A stretch of DNA of 64,000 bases, taken from positions 266,228,001 through 266,292,000 of the forward strand of contig OZ024743.1 of NCBI GenBank assembly GCA_964016885.1, written 5' to 3'. Below, one piece after another: positions 14,170 to 31,067 of the stretch. Made by a program: the position numbers and the translations under genes. Positions within the stretch are counted from its first letter, which is position 1. Each line of letters starts with the position of its first letter. The notes under the pieces are model-generated. The model did no database searches and was not told the DNA's origin. It worked only from the letters and a program-made list of their open reading frames with translations. This DNA comes from Eledone cirrhosa. Taxonomy: Eukaryota.

Positions 14170-16808
14170 TATACACATATACATATATATATATATATAA
14201 ATAAATACTTGTATATAAAACATATATAATGTGATGATTATATAATATAATATTATATATTATATATTTAATCAGATGATCGTGGTAGACCACAAGATTA
14301 AAATATTTCCCTGTTAAAAAGAGACCACTTAACAAATGAATCTATCAATATACTTACAACATGGCCAGGTTTTTTCTTCAAAGCGTTTATTTGCTAAGCT
14401 CCGATAGAAAAGAAACAACATATATATATAGAAAATCATCATCTATTTCTTCAGCTTCCCGCCTCTATAAATATTCAGAAAAATCAATGCATTTGTTTCA
14501 CCTTCCTCGTGTTCCATGAAATACAGGAACAATTTTTGTATGTGTTTTGGGAAAAGGATGAAAAGAAATTTAAATATTTATTACACAATTCAGAATAATA
14601 TTTTCTTGTTCTTCTTATTTACAAGAACAACAGGAAAAGGAATAAATACATGTAAAATTAATGAAATTTTTTTTTAATGAAACTGAAATAAACGATATAA
14701 CATACAGAAGGAATCTGCGATGTAAAAAAAACCTCTAAAAGTTGTTGTTTGGGGGCAACCTTAGGAGTGAACCCAACAAAAGAATGTAATGGTTTTTTCT
14801 TTCGTTTTTTTTTTATTTTGAAATTTGAAAAAAAAGCAAACACGAAAAATCGGATGACACTATGAAATATTTAACTTTGGTAATTCAAAAAATAATGGAG
14901 ACAAGCCTAAATCTCGGAAAATGTGAAGAAATTTTGAAAAGAATAAAGAAAACATATTATGATAATAAAGAAACGGGATGGTAAAAAATGAAAATATAAA
15001 ACCATTAATAAATAAATATAATTGAAAACAACAAAAAGAGTATTTTGATTTCGTGTTATTTGTCTCTCTTGTTCTTTTTAATATTTGTTTTAGTTTTCTG
15101 TGTATCTATTTCTCGTCTATTGATTTCAATACTCAGTATAGAATTTATGTTTGTGTTTATGAATAAACTCACACGTGGGAGCATACAAGCACATACGCAC
15201 AAGCACGCATACATAAAACAAAACATGCACCGCACATATACACACGTGCCAAAGCCCGTGGCCACATCACACGTACACCCAACACACGTTTGCAATTAAC
15301 TATGCATATAATTATATATGTGTATGTATGTGCATGATTGCGTGTGTATATATGTATGAATTATATTATATATGTATGCGAGTGTACATGTGCGAAACAG
15401 ATGGGAAACACAATACCTGGAGATACTGTTTGAGGCCTGTTTGGGGCTAGTTCTGAGGACCCTCTCAGCGTGTTCTTTAAAAGGCAGGCTTTATTATCAC
15501 ATGAAATCGCACACGTAATCTATGGGGGCCAATCACCTATCCCCCAAAATATTTTGATACGTGAGAACGTGTACTGTTAAAACATATTTAATGATGCACT
15601 TCATCTAACCTGTAGGCAATCTAATTTTTTCTCTCAATTTTGATCAAGGTGGTAAAACACTTGGATTTATTACTTGAACTTTTTAGTATTAGTGTACTGT
15701 CCCCGTCAATATTCCTTTCTGCATCATTTTCTTAGGTTTCACGTTTCGTTTCAATACAGCTCAGGACGTCATTGTGCTAGGACGGCGTCCGTATCATTAC
15801 ACACAAACACAACAGTTGACACCGAAAATGTCAAAATAAACTAAATATATTGTCTTGAAAATTAGCACCAGTACTCTGCTTTGACGATTCATTGTCTATT
15901 TAGAGCAGCCATCGGAGTTTGGATTGAAAGGAGCAGCAATCAAGTTTGGATTTAAAGGAACTATTTTGTGGTAAAGTTAGCATTCATAAAATTACGCTAC
16001 TTGTTCTATCTAAAAGTCATTGATGATACAGTTTGCATATTTTTGGAACTTATAACAACTATAAAAGCCGTACAACGTCAATAAAAGTGTTTCCTCATAG
16101 TAGAGACATAGCAATAGATGTAACTAAAGTACGATGAATATGAATAACCAGGTAATTGTTTTGAGCAAAATTAATTCGAACCGATAGATTATAAAACTAA
16201 TATTTATAGCCGTCAATATCGCAGTAGAGACTAAAGTGAAACATTTAGTACTTACCTGAATAAGGAAAACGCACAACAGCTGCTGAATTTATAACTCTTC
16301 ATGCCATGTTACACACAGAAGGAAATGTTGCAGCAGGTAGAAGTTAAGGTTCAGGGTACTATTGTATTCTATACATCATATTCTAGTGATCTATCAATTC
16401 TGTCTCCCACAGTCAGAATCAAGGTAGCGGTCAATGTTACAGGAAAGTAAATTTCCATAATAAGAACAATATCAGATGTCGAAACTGATAGACACCATTA
16501 TCCTTTTAATTACTTTCCTCGAGGTATGAAATGCCACAACTTTGGGAAGATAGTCCACTTTAAATAATTATGAAATTCTAAGACAATGCATCTCATTGAC
16601 AATGAAGATGATGCTACACACCGTGATGTTGGCGACTGTGTATTGCTTATATTTATTAATATGTGTTTCCCCCTTTGGCATGAAGCCAGCAATTTGAAGG
16701 GAAGCGTAGAGTCGATTAAATACACTCGCAGTGCATTACGGACACTTTAATTTATCGTCCAAATATGTATGAAAGGCAAAACTAACACCGTCAGGATTTT
16801 AACGTAAA

Positions 16809-17605
16809 CTAGCAGTAAAGCCCGGCGTTGCTCGGGGTCGCTCAGTAGCTGTGTTAAAGTTACAATGTTAAGTTTCTTTTTTGGCTTAAAAACTGTAGTG
16901 TCTACTGTGCAGACTTGCATGTGGTGTTTTTGATTAATATTCCCTCAACCAACAATATGCCTTATGAAGTTAAGAAAACATAACGATAACCCGAATGTTA
17001 TAACAAAAGAGGATGCTGGGGATAAAAACTGCACTGGTTATTTATTAACAAAGATCGAAAATGTAAACACTGCAACGCAGAGAAAAACATTAGCGTAACC
17101 AAATTATCAGTTATGTCTGTCTGCACGCCTATATCACCTCTCTGCACGCCTGAAATATTTGCTTGTTTTACGTAGTCTTTAAATAGACTTGTTTTCAAGT
17201 AAAAATATTGTTTTAAAATGCTTTTAAATGGAAATGAAGCAAAACGGAAGCTTAGTGTTCGAAGTGATGAATTTTGCAGGTCAATATTTTGCTGGTTCGA
17301 CAACTGTTCGTGTATTGTGTTAATGTCATTTTAAACGCTGAGAAAGCCAGCGTAATTGTTTACGTAAGACGCTCAATGTAAACAGAACAAAGGGAAATAA
17401 CTGATAACTTACGCTCAAAAATCGATACATTATATTCGATTTCGTCACATAGGGTGGGTCAATTTGAAATATTTTTTCCGATGTCTTCGCTAGGGCTCAA
17501 TGTACAAGTATAGCAATTTCGGTGCAATTCTGTGAGAGATTCTAAGAGGAGATGTGTGCCAAAAATCGATAGACAGACAGACAACCACAGTTTTATATAT
17601 ATAGA
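16809..17605 (-). mobile_element. Complete non-autonomous Helitron-like element inserted into a SINE
   Basis: Minus strand begins TC(TATATATATAAAA) and ends with the cccgagcaacgccggg hairpin then CTAG. It lies between A and T with no TSD. SINE sequence continues across it (16690-16808, 17606-17672). Confidence 0.75.
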
Positions 17606-18199
17606 TGGCAGCAACTATATGCCGAAAAGAATGTTGTCAGATACACTGCTGATACTGCCAATCCACCGCCATTCTTAATGATAACAGAAAATTTTTACTC
17701 CTCTTGTGTTTGCTGAAACATAATCCAAATCAAATGCAACTTGATTCTGATGGTTTTTTATCACAACTCCCTGAATCACTAAGCAGACAACAATTGAGTA
17801 TACTTCATTTCAAAGGAAATTAATTACATTTAATGGTACTTCTTTGCCATTTTTTGGTGAGAGGTCAGCTGATATTGAAATTGGAAGAACATTCAAGGAC
17901 GAGCTATTCAGTGGAAACAATAATTAATTTGAGTCTGGCTTAGGGGGTCATGACTTACTTGATGACTAAATAAGATTTTCTGGACACATCAGAATATCTC
18001 TTAAAGAGTAAAAGTTTTACTGCAACATTTAAATTTCTTGATGGCATTCCAGGCAGATTTTAGTTCATTTTAAGACAGAGGTGAATATTGAATTATACAA
18101 GCTAGAGTCCACGAACAATATAATACCCTCTTTGTATTATGGAGCATGAAACACTTTCAATGTTATATAGGCTAGGAAAGCTGTTATAACGTTAAAGGT

Positions 18200-20010
18200 A
18201 TGTGCTGCATATAAAGTACATATAAATAAGCGAATATCCGCATTAAATATTAAAACTATTTTTGCAGTCATGAATGAACCTAAATTATTTTAAAGATATA
18301 TTTACATATTTTCTTTTTGGCAATTTATTTATATGTACATTTAAAGATTACCAGATTAGAAATGTTTCTCAAATACGATAGCGCCATTTTCTAGCATTGT
18401 GTGGAAAAAATTTAGCCAACAATTCTTGGAGTCTTAATTTATTTTCCATCATTAGTAACTTTTAAAGTTAGGGTAACCGTAATAGAAGGCTTCTGTAATT
18501 CAGAAATCTGTCTACATAGGGTCCATTAAGTTGATTTCATTAGCGGCAAATTGTTACTTAATGTCATTAAAGCAGCTAAATAACAAGTAAATAAAACATT
18601 GGCTATTAAAAACGCGACATAATATTTCATTGAAATAACAAACAATGACAAACAATTTATATAAAATGTTGATGTAAATATTGTAAAATATTTGTTAAAA
18701 AGAAAATACTGAATGTGAACATGCGCACAGGCTAACATATTTTATGGTGTCAAAAGATGACATTATAAATAAAACAATTTTAAACACATGTTCATTACAT
18801 GCACATATACATGTACAGTTGATATATCAGAAGTTGTATCTGCAGGCATCTTTCTTAGCTCACCCAGTTTTCTATATATGCCACACAATTATGAAGGTAG
18901 AACGAGAATAGTCAAATATAGAGCACGAGACATTCACAGTTGAACGCGAACGTTACAACTATTCCTTTTATATTCTGAGCACGAGTTTCTTAAATCAATA
19001 GTTGGAGACAGCCTTGATGGATTACGAATAAAATCACAGTATATTGCTGTAGTGAGGTCTTTATTACGATCTCTGAAGGCCTTTGAGCTGAAAATACACT
19101 CTACTTCATTTTGATTAGTTATCGAGGCTTTTTAATTGACAAAGATAAAAAATAGATTATATTCTGATACAGGTGATAAACCAAGCTCGTGAATTTTATA
19201 CTAAAATCTTTAATCGTATAAAGGGATAAAATTTGGGGAAATATTTTACGAAATAGAAAACTGTTTTGCACGAGTAAAAATACACCTTATATATACGTAA
19301 TGTCACCCATTAATTTCCGAGGCATGCAGCCAAAGAATTCACCTCCACATACATGACAACTATATGGGCGGCTGGTGAAAGTTACATTAAGGGTTAAATC
19401 TTTTTTGCCGGCAAGATCATTCTTGTGTTGCTTATAGTTATGTAGGCATTTTGAATGTTTGTCGACAAAATATTTTGAAAGGTACTCCTTCCACGGATAA
19501 TTGCCCTATTTCTGACCATAGGTAATGCTTCACGTAGATTCGGCATATGTAAATGGATTTGAAAGTTGTTGATTATCGTTGATTTATGATCTAGTTAAAG
19601 TAGAGGAGGTTCTACATCCTAATAAATATTTAACGTATGTGTTTGCTCGGTTTAGAATTCCATCTGCTATTATATCATTCACTGCTCCATAGTTTATAGC
19701 GCAAGCAAATGGCTCCTTGGTGTTGTGTGTAAGAAGCTTGGAACCCAGTATTGAAGCTGCAATGAAACGGCTCAATAAAATGGGCAATTTAAACAAGCTA
19801 TTTAACGTACATTGTGAGATTTTCAGAAAACAATATAAAAAATGTCATTACTTATATACAGTTCATTCTGTTGAAACATTATGCTGCTTTTGGTGAATTC
19901 AGAAAATCATTTGCTGGAAAATTCGCAGGTACGCCAATTCGCACTTGTATACAAACTATTCACCGAAATGAGAGAAACACGGCCTATAATAAATATCCGT
20001 AAAGCTTCCT
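18200..20010 (-). pseudogene. Possible decayed ionotropic glutamate / ionotropic receptor (IR)-like gene
   Basis: Collinear fragments: LNVTFTSRPY..GEFFG (S1-like), NEVECIF..RDRNKDLTTAIYCD, and VAFLIANVLFTCYLAALMT..LPLMKS (resembles M3 SYTANLAAFLT). Many stops and frameshifts. Judged by eye only. Confidence 0.3.
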
Positions 20011-20364
20011 AGAAAGCCCAAATATATAATACGTGCAGGGTGCACCACTAGTTCGATTAAGAAAAGAATATATGGTATCAATTTGTACACTGAACATTTA
20101 GAGCGACCTTTCAATATGGTAGCATCAATGATTTATAATTTAGGCACAATGTCAGTAATATTAGGGAAGAGAACCTCGATTGAATTGAAGCCAGTCCTTG
20201 ACTGGTACTTATCAAAACTTGAAAGGCTGAAAGGCAAAGTAGACCGCAGCGATATTTCAACTCAGAACGTAAAGTGTCATATTAAATATCGTAAAACCTT
20301 TGCCCGATGTTCTAACTATTCTGCTAATCCATCACCCTCATCTACTCACAATAATCATTGTTTC

Positions 20365-20535
20365 TACTTTAGGCACAAGGCCAGCAATTAACCAGTGCAT
20401 TACTGGTACTTTATTTTATCGACCCCGTAAGGATGAAAGGCAAAGTCAACCTCGGCGGGATTTGAACTCAGATCGTAAAGGGACGTAACTATGCTGGAAA
20501 GCATGGCGTCCGACCCTATACCGATACTACCATAA
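20365..20535 (-). mobile_element. tRNA-derived SINE; older copies at ~20130-20335, ~20865-20945, ~25830-25960
   Basis: gatttgaactcag is the reverse complement of a B-box. Highly similar to 29811-29985. Confidence 0.8.
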
Positions 20536-21667
20536 TTAAATGTTATTCATCAAAGAAAAGATCTTCAGTCAATTTGCCTCAAGAATTACATCATCATTTT
20601 TTGATATACCTTCATGAAAGCGATTTCGGTAGTTATTATGAACTACCAAACCTAGAATTTTCCCCTAGAATGAGATCGGTATTTATAGTTATAAAACAGC
20701 TATTGATGACGTCTCAACAAGAGAATTGTCTTCACATAATCATGGCCTATTACGACATTTGAAACAATTATTCTCCTATTGCAACACCTAATTACGGTTT
20801 CTACATTTCGTACAGCAATATATGAAGTAAGTTATAGTCAATTATGTTCGCCCTATTCCTTTAATAGGGCGCTATTTTATCGGTTTCGTTAAGATGAAAG
20901 GCAAGGTCGACATCGGTTAGATTCGAACTCTAATTTTAAAGAACCGGAAGAAATGTAGTTACAGAACAAATCATCCCCAGAATTTGAACTCAGAATGTAA
21001 AAAATAAGTCATAATTTAATATGGCAAAGAATTTCGTCCAACGCGCTACCAAAACTTAGAATGCACCGATCGTAAAGCTATAATAATAGCTATAATGCAT
21101 TAAGACACTCTCTACAACATCAAAAGAGATGGAGTTTCGTTTAAGCCATTGAATTGCTGCTGGTGTCAAAAGCTCTTCACCCATCAAATTATAACTTTTA
21201 TTGAAGGGAAGATAATATTATAATATTATTTGAACATTAACTTTATTGGATTTTTTTAATATTATTTTCTTAGATTTATTGGTTTCCTCTCACTACAATA
21301 AATAATAATTGACATCTTAGTGGCAGAGTACGCACTTTTCATGTATATACGAGGCCAGTATTATCTATGGCGACTGCCTGTTCAATTTTGGACAGTTCTT
21401 TTATATTGTACATCTAGAAGGCCGTCTAAATAGCGACACACAATTACATCATAATCAAGTCTTAAGAGTCATCTCAGAATACTTGAACGTACGATAGTTA
21501 ACATAGTTAACTAAACAATGAATAATGCGACAGCTATTATTGAACAAGAAGAAGCAGGCAAATATTATGTGTACAATGATAAAAGCATGTATGTATTCAA
21601 CAGATTTATAGTCCGGTCACTTTTGAAAACAGCCAAAATATTCCATTAAATAAATAAATAAATAAAT

Positions 21668-21719
<52 letters not shown>

Positions 21720-21849
21720 ATGTAATCTGAGTTTATCGAATATAAATTATAATATTCGATTCGTTTGCAATTATGCAAACAGACTCATTTTTTAAGCCAT
21801 GTCAGTAGAATGAGCTCCTCATTCTTGCTCTTGTGTTGGCATGGAACAG

Positions 21850-21896
21850 AACTTCGGACACTAATGTTTCTGGGTATTACCCTTCATCAGTACAGT
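21850..21896 (-). ncRNA. Isolated hammerhead-like motif (old pLTR relic)
   Basis: Minus strand CTGATGA-a-ggg(taata)ccc-a-GAAA-cattagtg-TC. Stem I is weak. Confidence 0.45.
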
Positions 21897-22584
21897 TCAC
21901 TGTTCACCTGCCAGCTGTCAGAACTAGTGCAAATATATGATATTTTCTAAAATATACAGACAGATCGGCTTGATTTGCAGATTAACTGACTGGCTGATCA
22001 GTCAGATCTGCATATCAGGAGACATGCCAGTCAGTTTCCTGCATACGAGCGATCATTGGCCAGCTTTCCCATATCCAAATAAAAAATAAAAAATTGAATA
22101 TGGCTTTCTTATGATCAGAAACATATACTCTTACAGCTGATACAGACCAACAATATACACACACTCTACCTTTCCCTTCACAGCTCTGTACACACACATA
22201 AACACCCCCCCCCCCTTATATTAACATACTTTTGCTCACAGCTTGGTACTTACAAGTACACACACACTCTTATACAAACACATCCTGTTAGCTTCGTACG
22301 GACGTATACTAACACACACACACACACACACACAGACAGACCCACACACACAAATGCATACGCACGCGCTCACGTATTGCTCGATATACAAAACGGTGTT
22401 TTAACCATTTCAGGTCGACGCGTTCCATCATGCCCTTTTCTGAAAGATTATATCATACACAAAACGTCAGTATCAACAGATTTCCAGGGGTGGCAACATG
22501 AATGGCCCTGTCATTTTTCTCTAAATACATTTTTTTCCCATTTCACCCCACCTGTCCCTTCAATCTTTATAATTTCTCATTCAT

Positions 22585-22620
22585 TCTTCTAATGAAGGCC
22601 TAGCGTCCGAAACGTTAAGA
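22585..22620 (+). ncRNA. Degenerate minimal hammerhead motif in a pLTR relic
   Basis: tctt-ctaatga-aggcctagcgtcc-GAAA-cgtt-aaga, with one core substitution. Confidence 0.4.
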
Positions 22621-22743
22621 CCCTATTCCTGCTATTTCAAGCGTTAACCTAATATATTCCTACCATATACTGTACAGATTGTGTTGTTATTTCTGTCTAT
22701 CATTTACACACACAGACACACAAATACACACGCACGCACACAC

Positions 22744-22856
<113 letters not shown>

Positions 22857-23058
22857 TGCTCCTAAATAGCGATGTATGTATGAATGTATGTATAGTATAT
22901 TTGATAACATACTGTATGCTAAATTAAACACCTTTTGAAGACCAAACGATAAAAACAAAGGGGAGTAATCGACAGTCCAGTTTCTCACTACTTACTCCTT
23001 CGCCTCTGCGAATGGTCTTCGTATAGCGATTGGTTTTCAAAATGTTCTTACATAATTA

Positions 23059-23101
<43 letters not shown>

Positions 23102-23107
<6 letters not shown>

Positions 23108-24152
23108 GATATTAATAAATGGAAACTATATTTATAAAACCATATTTATTTCATTATATATATTTCAAGGATACCAAGTTAAATTATGGTATGCCTTCAT
23201 CAGACAAAATACAATATATAACAGTTTTATAAATAGACATTGGCGTACCCTTTTAAAAAGTGACCGTTGCTTTTGGAGGCCATCAGGATAGTGGTTTGTT
23301 TACTTTAGTAAGTCATAGAGTTAAGAGTAAGTAAAAAGATTGAGAGAGAGAGAGAGAGAAACGTGGAGAAAAGAAAGGGAGAGATAGATAAAGAAAAAGA
23401 AGAAAGCAAAAAGAAAAGAGAACAGAGAAAAAAACTCCAGAGAGAGATATATAGAGATAGAGAGAGGGGGGAGAGAACGAAAACCTTAAGTTATGTCATA
23501 TTAAGTTGAGTTAACAATTGAGACGAAATGAATAAATTAAATTAGAAATATTAATATTCATGAATGGAATATAGATATATAATATGAGAAATTACACATT
23601 GTTTAATTATGATTAGATATTTAGTTTAAAAATTGAGATCAATATATAAAAAATTGGAATTTAAACATTATAAAATATATATATTGCTAGAGAAATTACC
23701 TATCGTATATCACGTACATATAGGCAAAGATACATAAATATATATATACACACACGCTCGGAAAATACACATTATATCTACTCCCGCATATAACATATAC
23801 ATACAAAGCATAAGTGATTTTTTATTTATTGCTATACATTCCTTGTGTTATTAATTAACATTTTTTAGTATATATATATAAATATATAGGATTAACTTTC
23901 ATGCATTTATGGCTGTTAAGTTATGCATATCTGCAATCAAAAACTGTTATATATTGTATTTTATCTGATGAAGGCATACCATAATTTAACTTGGTATCCT
24001 TGAAATATATATAATGAAATAAATATGGTTTTATAAATATAGTTTCCATTTATTAATATCGTATATCTACTCCAAATATTTGTCGAGTGCTTTATGTCAG
24101 TTATAAAAATATTTGCTTGTTGTATCACAACAATTTAAATAGAACTTTTGCA
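23102..24152 (+). mobile_element. Asymmetric fold-back PLE, family P7: long inverted pLTR 23102-23938, short sense arm 23939-24066, tail 24067-24152
   Basis: 23102-23229 is inverted relative to 23939-24066. HHR at 23957-24021 (CTGATGA..GAAA-tatata-TA). Homologous to the pLTR ends at 38720-38942 and 42345-42467. Confidence 0.85.
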
Positions 24153-24674
24153 TATATATATATTTATATATATATATATGTAATTAGGAAACTTAACGGA
24201 ACGGATGCAACGAACGAAAAACTAGCAAAACAAAAGACATTTATTTTTAATACAAACAAAAAACACAAAACTCCAAAATGCCAAAGCGTTGTCTGTCGAA
24301 TAAAGGAAAGACAAAACGATAATTTTCACTAATTTTGGCACTAATGCTAATAAGGGAAGTGCTGCCGATATAGTATTCTACATATTCCAGTTCACAGTAT
24401 TTGGCAGAATATTAATAATAATATTAATAATATAGAGCAGCAAGGAAGTAACAATATCCCATCAATATGTTTTTCACAGGCGACTCGCGTTTCGCGATCG
24501 ATCAGCTCGGGAGTGATCGAGTCCGACTCTGGAGCCCCTAGCACATCAGACATGTGGAGTTTCAAATGAATATAGATATATCTTCCACAACGTTACATTT
24601 ACTCAAGACGTTGGCAATTCATATTCATTCAGTTGTGGTGTCAGACTATCTCTTGGAGATGCATATATATATAC

Positions 24675-24747
<73 letters not shown>

Positions 24748-24789
24748 TAATTACATACATCATACATGAACACATGCATTTTTAATACC

Positions 24790-25180
24790 ATATCTAACTT
24801 TTTCTTGCCTTCTTTCTCTGTTTCTTCTTGTGACGCTAAACTCCACTATTTGCAGACTGCGCATCAACATGTGATATCTCTCTCCACAAAGTTCGATCAC
24901 CAGCGTCAGAGTTCAAAGAACAAAGATCAAGTCCAGTTCATGAATTGACATCGCTTCTCTTACCAGCTAACCTTCCTTCCAGGCATAACTTACACCACGA
25001 GTTGATCTTTTTATATGGCCGCATAGTTTGAGTATTCTTGATTTGACAATTGACGTAATTGGTCTAAGTTTGATAATGTTAAGAAGCTCACTGATACAGA
25101 TACGGTCGGTGAGCCGCTTGCCTGTCATAAGTCTCATGATGTGGTTCTGGAATGTAGAGAGCTTTTGAAGTGACATTGTC
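24790..25180 (-). mobile_element. Degraded RTE-like LINE 3' end
   Basis: LSTFQNHIMRLMTG..TDRI..ELL..IVKSRILKLCGHIKRS resembles the RT C-terminal region of RTE-type LINEs. Confidence 0.6.
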
Positions 25181-25199
25181 GTCTAATTAACTTTGCTAT

Positions 25200-25590
25200 A
25201 AAAAGCACAGTACCTTATCCGAGTTGTCACTTAGATCTCCGTGTTCCTGTCATGGCCCATACCATAATGACGTTAAAAGAGATGAGCTTGATTTTTGTTG
25301 GATAGCATTTATATTTCTTCGACCACATTATGTCGGGCACTGTTTCTCAGGAAATACCTCATGCGTTGTAATAACGTTTGGATAATTTTTTCTACATGTT
25401 GAGATCAACTCTACCAATGGCCTTGCTGAAATCAAGATATATAACATCAGGATTAGACCCCTCCCCAATGCTCTTAAAATTTCATCAAAGAGATGCAGGA
25501 GCTGCGTTAGGCAGTCCCAGCAATTACGGAACCCACGTTGGTTGGAGTTGAGCAGATTGGTGCTCTCAAAGAAGTGAGTTATTCAGGATC
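25200..25590 (-). mobile_element. Degraded CR1/L2/Jockey-type RT fragment
   Basis: Minus strand gives LLNSNQRGFR..CLTQLLHLFDEILRALG and, after a frameshift, DVIYLDFSKA. Confidence 0.65.
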
Positions 25591-26419
25591 TCGCCTCTCT
25601 CTCAAATACCTTAATGATATGATAGGTGAGTGAGGTCGGACCGTAATAGCCAGCTTCCAGTAAATTCCTCCACAGATTGGTTGGGGTCGACATACTTTCA
25701 GGACACTAGCAGGGAAACAAAAGGGGCCTACTGCTGAGTTGTATTTAATTTTGTTTATTGCCACAAAAACATCAGTTTCAGTATCATTTCGCCTAATTCA
25801 ACACCGTTAATTGGTTATACCTAACGTAGGCACGATTTATGCAATTTTAGGGGAAGGGAAATGTTGATTAAATCATCCTTCTAGTATATAAAGAGTACAC
25901 TATTTTATCGAGACTGAAAATATGGAAATCAAAGTTAACCACTGTGGAATTCAAAAGTAAAAAGAAAAAATTCCGCAATGGCATTTTTTATCCGACGGCA
26001 TACGAATATTGCCTATCTACCACTATTATATACCGGAAATATTATACTCAAATATTAAATACAAAGCAAATGAGTTTTGATTGTAGATTGAGATATAAAT
26101 ACCGGAAGACATTGTTTTCACCTTCTATCAGTATTACTTCTTACAGAGAGTCACTGTCAGGGAACTAGGAATGGGTGGCGATCAATTTGAGGAACCCTGT
26201 ACTTGTGGTTGTTGTCCTATTTTAATTGCTTCAAAATGATAAACATTAAAGTTTACTGAGATCTGAGGATGAAAGGTGAGGGCTTAAATACGGAGCAATT
26301 CTAAGGAAAAATGTTCACAAAATATCGAAGTACTCTTCCACATCAACGGTATTAAAAGTGACATCCCAATTTCTTTCCAAGGTTTTAGAAAATTAGACTT
26401 AGCCAATTCGATTTAACTA

Positions 26420-29130
<2,711 letters not shown>

Positions 29131-29810
29131 AGAAACATAATACAGGCTGAAAATGTACACATATATACCCATAGCTCATATGTGTGTAGTATTAATGACG
29201 GAAATATTTGATTAGAAGTTGCAAATAGGTTATATATTTCATATCTGCTCCGGACCTATTCCTAGGCTTCTATGGAACTGTTAATGATGTATGTAATGTT
29301 TACTTTATTTGCTATTCAACGAGGGAACATTTGGATGTTCGCTTGACATGCTAGAACTAGTAGCCGACTGCATAGTTGTCCACAGATTAGCTAGTGTTAG
29401 GTTTGCGCCTTTGCATTATAGAAGCAAAATTGCTGGTTTTAGAGGTTCTTTCGTTGGGTCGCTGCAAGAGAATCGTGAGAAAAGCGAAAAAGGAATTTGT
29501 ACTCGAGACTTCACCCCAATACTTGTAATAGAGTGGTCTCTGCTAAGGAAACACAAGAGCTGGATGATGGTGATAAATCAGCTGTCGGATAATCATATGA
29601 TATATAATTTCCATCTCTCTCTCTCTGTAACGAAAATGAAATAATGGTTAGTTATAAAGTTCGTATTAATACCATCTACGAATTAAACCAATTTTAGCAC
29701 ACGCTAGTAACTTATTATGATCGGTTAATTATTACTGAATGAAACGATAGGTTAATAGCGGACCAAAACAATCTGATATTTGGTGCTGACATCATAAATA
29801 TTAATGGGCT

Positions 29811-29985
29811 ACTTTTGGCACAAGGCCAGCAATTACCCGGTGCATTACTGGTACTTTATTTTATCGACCCCGTAAGGATGAAAGGCAAAGTTAACCTCGG
29901 CGGGATTTGAACTCAGAATTGTAAGGGCCGTAACTATGCTGGAAAGCATGGTGTCCGACCCTTTACCGATACTGCCAATCCACCA
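29811..29985 (-). mobile_element. tRNA-derived SINE
   Basis: Highly similar to 20365-20535; B-box on the minus strand. Confidence 0.8.
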
Positions 29986-30639
29986 TTCTCATAAATAATG
30001 TCACTAAATGCATGTTGGTGGATAGCCGATATGGTTTTGATATGATAAACACACACTCAGGTACTTTGCTGGCTTTTCTTGACAGGTGAAATTGATGCAG
30101 AGAGTTTTCAACTTGAATGTTAGTGGATTGCGTTTATGAGGAAGGATCTTGAGGCTGATATGCAGTATGGATCCCAGAAGAAATGGCTGTATAGATTTGG
30201 CCCTGTCGGATAAGATATGAAAAGAAGTTTCTCATAATCTTATCGTTCATAAACCAAGTGGAAGGTGCACATAGGAAGGAACACATAGGAATTGTTGCCA
30301 ATGAAACAAATTGCTTTTTTTATAGGATGTCTGTTTATATAGCACAGCACAAGAATCCAAGGAAAACGGAACAGAAAATAAATGTCAGCGAAAACATTTA
30401 CAGAAAAGTCAAATGAAATATGTTATAAAATTACTTCAATAAACGGTTGATTTAATGTTTTTATGCACTTCATTATTTTATTTATGGTCTCACATAAAAA
30501 GTTTGTGTAAAATGTGTAATTGTATTGTCTGTTAAATAGTGGCTGAAACAGAGAACATACATGTGAACAACAATTCAATAGAACGGCAAAAAAAGTTCTT
30601 TCACAAAGAGTGGTTGTGGATGGTGAGAGGGATATTTCT

Positions 30640-31056
30640 GTGGTAAATGGGAGTCCTTCCTTATACCGCCTTGTGGATGGTGGGGGAGATGTATTGGAAT
30701 AGCCATTGCAACTCACTGTCCATGCATTGAGGCTGGCCAATTTGGCTTCGATATTATTGCATAGGGAGTTAGTCCGAGGAACAGATATGTCTATTGCTAC
30801 AGGTTCGACCACCAAATTCTCGACATGACGAGATGCGAAGCTTGCGTTAGTTACCAAATACACAAGGTTGCCACTGACAAAGGTGTCATTGGATGTAGCG
30901 TCCCAGATGCGGAACTTATCATCTCGGAAGAGAAATATCGTTATGCTGACTGGACGTTTCGTTTGCTGTCTTCTCGGGTCAGTGCCACAGATTTCAGCTG
31001 AGAAGTGAAGTCTGCGGCATCCAAGCCACGTTTTATGATCTCGTTGAGAGCACGGT
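30640..31056 (-). mobile_element. Degraded CRE/NeSL-like LINE 3' end (restriction-like endonuclease domain)
   Basis: Minus strand gives HRALNEIIKRGL..LTREDSKR..IWDATSNDTF..EPVAI, matching the RLE pattern RH..LN.II.R..DGKRPD..WDAT..DT..P.A.ET. Confidence 0.65.
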
Positions 31057-31067
31057 GTTGTATATAT

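Noticed and set aside
20455-20535. tRNA gene
   Set aside because: The B-box belongs to a degenerate SINE head; no cloverleaf.
24474-24556. Further HHR-like motifs (also ~6335-6385, ~12275-12310, ~46620-46685)
   Set aside because: Core substitutions and weak stem I; too degenerate to call.
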